Shown: positions 59,386 through 64,000 of the stretch, piece by piece | How the letters are laid out: each line of letters opens with the position of its first letter | Numbering within the stretch: the stretch's first letter is position 1 | From: an uncultured virus (IMG/VR IMGVR_UViG_3300031627_000893) | Lineage: Duplodnaviria; Heunggongvirae; Uroviricota; Caudoviricetes | Reading direction: 5' to 3' (one strand) | DNA: 64,000 nt | IMG/VR virus record: IMGVR_UViG_3300031627_000893 | Translations under genes and position numbers: made by a program | Notes under the pieces: model-generated | The model's database searches: none | What the model was told of the DNA's origin: nothing | The model's input: only the letters and a program-made list of their open reading frames with translations

Positions 59386-60347
59386 TATAAATTGGATATA
59401 TCGTACATGTATTGAAGGTCTATCTTAGAATAATAATCAGGATTAGCGAATACTTTTTGAGCCACCCTAGACGACTCCTCTCTTCCATCAACGAATAAAA
59501 ATTGTATATGACTAAATTCCTGACACAAGTCTCTCATTTGTTTTAGAATATAGCCGGGGTTCATTTTCGTATCTTTATGGATTCTCTCTTTTGATCTCAC
59601 TTCTCTCTGCTTTTTAAAGCTCATCGCATTAGAGAAAACAGACTCCACTAAAACTACTAAAAATGCCTGAGAGTCAGCAGCCTTCATGATCTCGTTTCTA
59701 AACCTATTAAAGTGCTTTGGACTTAGCGTCCCCACAAAGTCAGCCAAGGATTTTCTTTCTATGTATAACAGACACTTTTCATAAGCATTACTAGCGCAGT
59801 AATCCCCAAATTTTAGAGTCCTTACTTCTGTGTCCTTGGACCCAAATTCGAGGGGCAACTGTTCTCTCGTGTCTATATATATCGTGAAATCATTGTCCTC
59901 TGCTGGTCTCTCTACGTCTAAGTAATATTTAAATTTATTTATGAGGCCGACACTGGAACAAAAGTCATAATAGCCATCGAAAAGTTTTTCACATTCCGAA
60001 ACCGTAGGCCACATCAAGCTTCTAAGCTCTACCTCGCTTAGCGAAAACCTGACTTTACCATCTTTAACCCTATCGTTAAAAAGCTTAGAGCAGAACTTCC
60101 TTACTTCATTAATGTCCGTAATCTTTCTCCAAGTCTTGAAGTTAGTTGCTGATACAAAATGCTTTTTCTTGTAACTCTCTTTGTTCGTAAACTCTATTTT
60201 CTCGCCAGTAAGAAGATCTTTTTTCGGAAAAAATTTCTCGTAATACTCCTTAGTCTTAATGCTATGAGCCTTTAAATGAAAATGTAGAGACTTGTCAGAA
60301 TCAAATCTCTTACTACAGATCATACATTTATGTTTTCTGCTATCCAT
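59385..60347 (-). CDS. C2H2 zinc finger + ERCC4/XPF-type nuclease
   Basis: CMIC...H...H; IYIDTREQ, GDY and IERKS..D motifs. Confidence 0.8.
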   Translation of the reverse strand: MDSRKHKCMICSKRFDSDKSLHFHLKAHSIKTKEYYEKFFPKKDLLTGEKIEFTNKESYKKKHFVSATNFKTWRKITDINEVRKFCSKLFNDRVKDGKVRFSLSEVELRSLMWPTVSECEKLFDGYYDFCSSVGLINKFKYYLDVERPAEDNDFTIYIDTREQLPLEFGSKDTEVRTLKFGDYCASNAYEKCLLYIERKSLADFVGTLSPKHFNRFRNEIMKAADSQAFLVVLVESVFSNAMSFKKQREVRSKERIHKDTKMNPGYILKQMRDLCQEFSHIQFLFVDGREESSRVAQKVFANPDYYSKIDLQYMYDISNL

Positions 60348-61443
60348 TTAGAATCTCGTTTTCCCCGATCCCCATAACACGAGCTTTTATCTCGTCCATT
60401 GTGGTTATCCTATCAACCTCTTTCAAAATAGATTGTTTCCTCAGGTCTGCTAGTTGAACCATTTTTTTTCTAGTTTCTTCCTCTTTCCAAGCTTCAACCA
60501 AGTTTAGAATACTAGCGTTATCTTGATGCTGTTTGGACAGCCTTTTGCTTCTCTTCTCTTTTAGGTCATCCAGTAACTTCTGTTGCCGATTAACACATTG
60601 GTTATACTCTGTCTGTGCGGAGCTTATCGCGTCGGACAATCCCATCGATATTCTGCGTCCATCGGTGTCTTCCGCAGCGTTATCCAGCATTGTGGATAAT
60701 CTGTTAATTCTTATCTGAATGTTGGAAGATATTACGACCTCAGTAGACAGCACGATATACTGGTCAACTTCCTCTTGCGTTAGATCCGACTTATCGTTCG
60801 TATACCTCACAAAGCTAGACTCGAAGAGATCTCTCTCTACCTTTGTCCCGTAAGTACTCGCTTGGTGAATAAACCTGTATGCGCTCATGTACGACATACA
60901 TGCTTCGACATCTCTTTTTATTTTCGGGGTTATTTTATCTTTGTCGATCTGAGGATTTACATATTTGTTAATTCTCGCGAAAGTAGTTACAAAGGTTTTA
61001 GGCGGCTTGAATCCTTGGGTCGTGTTTTCTTCCTCGTTCACGCCAATGGCCTCGACGGGCAGACTTCTTATATACTCGAATATAGCCTTAGTCTCCTGAT
61101 GTAAGTTAGTTAAGGAGTCATCTTTAAAAACGATCTTAGCGATTTCAACTCCGCTCATTAAAGCCACGTTGTTGCGCGTAAATTCTTTTTGCTCTTCTGT
61201 TAAAACGATTTTCTTCTTTTTAACGTAGTCGTGACCGCTTGAGGGTTTTATGTCTCTACTCAACAAGGCTTCGGTTACTGCTTTCCCGTACTGACTCCTG
61301 CCGTCTTTCAACTCGTCTGATATATCTGGGAAAATGTGCCCAATTAAGTCCTTCCTAGATAATTTTTCATCAGACTGGCTATTCCAATAATCGACTAAAG
61401 AATTGGTTTGCTCTTCGGTTAAGGTTATTTTTTCTTTACTCAT
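60340..61443 (-). CDS. Hypothetical helical protein (possible packaging/terminase-small-subunit role)
   Basis: Operon position; C-terminal coiled coil; function inferred from position only. Confidence 0.4.
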   Translation of the reverse strand: MSKEKITLTEEQTNSLVDYWNSQSDEKLSRKDLIGHIFPDISDELKDGRSQYGKAVTEALLSRDIKPSSGHDYVKKKKIVLTEEQKEFTRNNVALMSGVEIAKIVFKDDSLTNLHQETKAIFEYIRSLPVEAIGVNEEENTTQGFKPPKTFVTTFARINKYVNPQIDKDKITPKIKRDVEACMSYMSAYRFIHQASTYGTKVERDLFESSFVRYTNDKSDLTQEEVDQYIVLSTEVVISSNIQIRINRLSTMLDNAAEDTDGRRISMGLSDAISSAQTEYNQCVNRQQKLLDDLKEKRSKRLSKQHQDNASILNLVEAWKEEETRKKMVQLADLRKQSILKEVDRITTMDEIKARVMGIGENEILNG

Positions 61444-61444
61444 T

Positions 61445-62143
61445 TCAAAAATCTATGCCTCCTTTACTGAGGAAGTTCTTGGCTTTGGCGAGGATTTTTT
61501 TCTGAATGTTTTTGATCTGCTTGTACCCCGGACTCCTGTTTACTTCTGTTGTCTTATATCCCATCTTCTTTGCTGCCTCGTTTTCGGAGAGCCCATCTAT
61601 GTATATCATTTTATATACCTTCCACTCTAAAGGCTTCAAAAGCTTTTCCATAGCTTTATGCAACTTAAAGGTTGCTCTTTCGACGTCGAAGCCGCTATCA
61701 AACTTAGAGTATACTTCTTGTATGTGATTTTCTATAGCGACTGGTAACTTAGCGTCGTAGCAAGATTTTTTATTCTTTACCCAATTAGAGTAAAGCGGAC
61801 ACGCATCGCATTGACTTTCGTATATCGCGCATAAATTGTAATCTTGCGCTGCTGCACATTTGAGACATGGCCTTGAGAAATTTCCATAGTTGTTTCTTAT
61901 AAGGTTTTTTATTTGGTTCGTTATGATTCTGTTTAGCCAAGGAGAGAGAGGTTTTTTAGGGTCGTACAAATGCCATTTTTTGAAGATATGTATTCTTATT
62001 ATCTGGGAAACGTCATCGTAATCCATCCAATTTAATATGGATAGATTCCATTTGCCTCTCCTCTTCCTTATCTCTAGGTCTATAAGATCTATAAAATCTT
62101 CGTAGACAGGAGGAGCTTCAGGTTTTGCTTTTTTACGGGGCAA
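61445..62143 (-). CDS. Phage-encoded sigma-70-family (ECF-like) factor with Cys-rich insert
   Basis: Region 2-like DDVSQ...YDPKKPLSPWLNRIITNQIKN; region 4-like LKPLEWKVY...GLSENEAAKKMG; TTG start. Confidence 0.75.
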   Translation of the reverse strand: MPRKKAKPEAPPVYEDFIDLIDLEIRKRRGKWNLSILNWMDYDDVSQIIRIHIFKKWHLYDPKKPLSPWLNRIITNQIKNLIRNNYGNFSRPCLKCAAAQDYNLCAIYESQCDACPLYSNWVKNKKSCYDAKLPVAIENHIQEVYSKFDSGFDVERATFKLHKAMEKLLKPLEWKVYKMIYIDGLSENEAAKKMGYKTTEVNRSPGYKQIKNIQKKILAKAKNFLSKGGIDF

Positions 62144-62145
62144 AA

Positions 62146-62556
62146 TTACAAGTTACGTCTAGGATTTGAGCCACCCTCTTCGGAGTACTGTTTTAGAAAG
62201 TCTTCTTCTGAGGCTCTGGGCTCTTCCCCTCTAGGCCCGAACTCACTAGTGCTAGAAGCAGGTCCTCCCATTAATTGTTTCAAAGATTGCTTTTTGGCTA
62301 CTGATACCTCGAACTCTAACTTTGTCATATCTGGGATCGAAGTGATTTCTGAGTTGCCGCCTTCCTCTATACCGAAAGCATCCTTATCTTTAGTCGCTTG
62401 AGGCTCAACTGGACGCTCCTTACCCCGGACTGGTTTTATGGGCTCTGTCTCCTGATGCCCAAAAACAGAGAATTTATGTCCGCAATTAGGACAAAAGTTC
62501 GGAGGACTTACACCGTATTCCATCGGTTTTGAACAATCTGTACAGTATTTTTTCAT
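62146..62556 (-). CDS. Zinc-ribbon protein
   Basis: YCTDC...FCPNCG. Confidence 0.7.
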   Translation of the reverse strand: MKKYCTDCSKPMEYGVSPPNFCPNCGHKFSVFGHQETEPIKPVRGKERPVEPQATKDKDAFGIEEGGNSEITSIPDMTKLEFEVSVAKKQSLKQLMGGPASSTSEFGPRGEEPRASEEDFLKQYSEEGGSNPRRNL

Positions 62557-62626
62557 AAGTATACTATTATTAGACCTTTTTCTTCAAAAATCTAATCAAA
62601 AAATTAAAAGAGTGTAATATTCATAG

Positions 62627-62950
62627 ATGAAGAATAGACCATCCTTTAAGTTTAAAAACTCTCAAGGGGTAGAGTATGAGGTTTACTTCAGAAAACCTAA
62701 CGAAAGACTTTATGGTGAGGCTGATGGAGTATGCATAGATCCGAAGGAAGAAAAGCCCAAAATAGAGATCAGTCCGTACTTGACTAAAAAGACAGAACTG
62801 AACACTTGTATACATGAATTCTGTCACGCCTTCTTCTGGGACAAATCAGAAGCAGAGGTAAATAAATTTGCAAATACTATGGCTAGATTTCTGTACACTA
62901 GATGCTCTTGGAGAAAAACGGAGGCGAGGAAACGTGACTCAAAAAAATAA
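62627..62950 (+). CDS. Small HExxH metallopeptidase-like protein
   Basis: IHEFCHA motif with downstream E..VN. Confidence 0.65.
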   Translation: MKNRPSFKFKNSQGVEYEVYFRKPNERLYGEADGVCIDPKEEKPKIEISPYLTKKTELNTCIHEFCHAFFWDKSEAEVNKFANTMARFLYTRCSWRKTEARKRDSKK

Positions 62951-63101
62951 AAAAGCAAAGAACAAGCTTCTAGAGATTGGTAAATTGTCCCTGACAATGT
63001 GCACAAGTGATAATGATAATCACGATGTAGCAAGAAAAATCAACAAACTCGCTCGTGAAGTGTATAATATGTTCGATAAGGGAGAACCAGATCCTAAGTA
63101 G
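62934..63101 (+). CDS. Small hypothetical protein (probable GTG start 62934)
   Basis: GAGGA RBS before GTG; in frame with track ORF 62868..63101. Confidence 0.45.
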   Translation: MTQKNKKAKNKLLEIGKLSLTMCTSDNDNHDVARKINKLAREVYNMFDKGEPDPK

Positions 63102-63166
63102 GAAGGCTTTAGCCGTAAAAACTCTTTCTCTCTTATTCCTTTTGCAAAGATAAAAAAAGAAATCAT

Positions 63167-63346
63167 ATGAAAAAACTAGTACTCTCATTATTGGTGTTGG
63201 CTGGAATCGCCTCCATCGGATGCACCACAACCCTGAGCGTTGGCCCTAAAGCTAATGAAGGAGATGGTTGGGCCGATGCTTCCGTTAAAAAGGATAGCAT
63301 CAGCTTGACTATTCCATTCGTTTCTGCTGAATTGAAAGCGGATTAA
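63167..63346 (+). CDS. Small lipoprotein (59 aa, not in ORF track)
   Basis: Hand translation MKKLVLSLLVLAGIASIGCTTTLSVGPK...ELKAD*; signal peptide with lipobox Cys; followed by a terminator. Confidence 0.75.
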   Translation: MKKLVLSLLVLAGIASIGCTTTLSVGPKANEGDGWADASVKKDSISLTIPFVSAELKAD

Positions 63347-63367
63347 CGATTATCACTGCTGCTCGAC

Positions 63368-63401
63368 AAATCCCCTTAGGACCCCCTGAGGGGATTTTTT
63401 T
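63368..63401 (+). terminator. Intrinsic terminator
   Basis: AAATCCCCTTAGG-ACCC-CCTGAGGGGATTT followed by a T-run. Confidence 0.8.
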
Positions 63402-63411
63402 AAATTTAGAT

Positions 63412-63876
63412 ATGTTTGACCTAAGTACTCAGTATCCGAGCCCAGAAGCGATCCTCGTCGCTGTAAGCGGCTATTTTGACCCATTCCATGTAGGCCATCT
63501 AGAATATCTCGAGCAATCAAAGAAACTCGGGACGGATTTGATCGTAATTGTCAATAACGACGAACAAGCAAAATTAAAAAAAGGTGAGTCCTTTATGAAT
63601 GAGGATGACAGGCTTAGGATCATTAACGCTCTATATGTTGTCGATTATGCAATAATATCAAAAGATAAAGATCTGTCGGTATGTAAAACTCTCGAGATAA
63701 TCAGACCCTCAATATTCGCTAATGGCGGAGACAGAAAAGAGGAAGAAATCCCCGAATCCCAAATTTGTAGAGAATTAGGAATAGAAATGGTGGACGGTTT
63801 AGGGGAGAAGATAAGGTCTTCCTCGGAAATCGCGGAACAGATACGGGAGTTGTCAGCCCGAGCCCAGTTGGAGTAA
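63412..63876 (+). CDS. Cytidylyltransferase-like HIGH-motif nucleotidyltransferase (TagD/RfaE-type)
   Basis: VSGYFDPFHVGH...LIVIVNND...FANGGDR...SSS. Confidence 0.85.
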   Translation: MFDLSTQYPSPEAILVAVSGYFDPFHVGHLEYLEQSKKLGTDLIVIVNNDEQAKLKKGESFMNEDDRLRIINALYVVDYAIISKDKDLSVCKTLEIIRPSIFANGGDRKEEEIPESQICRELGIEMVDGLGEKIRSSSEIAEQIRELSARAQLE

Positions 63877-64000
63877 GAGGTAACGAGAAAAAGGGTTTTC
63901 TCGTCAACGTAAGTACAAGCCGTCAACTATAAGTGAAAAAGTCATCTTCTTATGAACTGTTTAACCCACAAAAACAATAAAACTGACTCAAGAAGAGTAT

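Noticed and set aside
1..64000. tRNA, rRNA, integrase or IS elements
   Set aside because: None recognised by eye, and intergenic gaps are mostly too short; a tRNAscan/Infernal run would be needed to exclude small RNAs (e.g. at 54360-54480).

Overview
This window is the virion morphogenesis region of a large tailed dsDNA phage (Caudoviricetes, siphovirus-type tail, standard genetic code). A holin plus spanin-like lipoprotein suggests a diderm host, but the host cannot be identified. Most genes are on the minus strand. From right to left they are: phage sigma factor, ERCC4-type nuclease, terminase, portal, tail-tube paralogue, lysis genes, prohead protease/scaffold, major capsid protein, collagen-like fibres, a Hint-domain protein, neck proteins, major tail tube, chaperones and a 4353-aa tape measure protein (TMP). 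An inverted plus-strand lambda-like M-L-K-I-J tail-tip module follows. After it come more tube paralogues, IPT/TIG-repeat proteins and a >3000-aa fibre/adhesin ORF that runs off the left edge and is missing from the ORF track. The most striking feature is in the TMP: a ~1430-aa insert built of ~200-250-aa cassettes, each bounded by a G-[FHG]-[VI]-P-N-F motif. The cassettes are two different ADP-ribosyltransferase-like domains, a kinase-like domain and a triplicated, possibly GNAT-like, domain. This looks like a modular effector payload carried inside the tail and injected with the DNA. Also notable are IPT domains split across in-frame stop-ATG gene junctions, a family of about five tail-tube paralogues, and a recurrent GTGTAA motif upstream of genes. 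All calls come from reading motifs by eye; no database searches were run.
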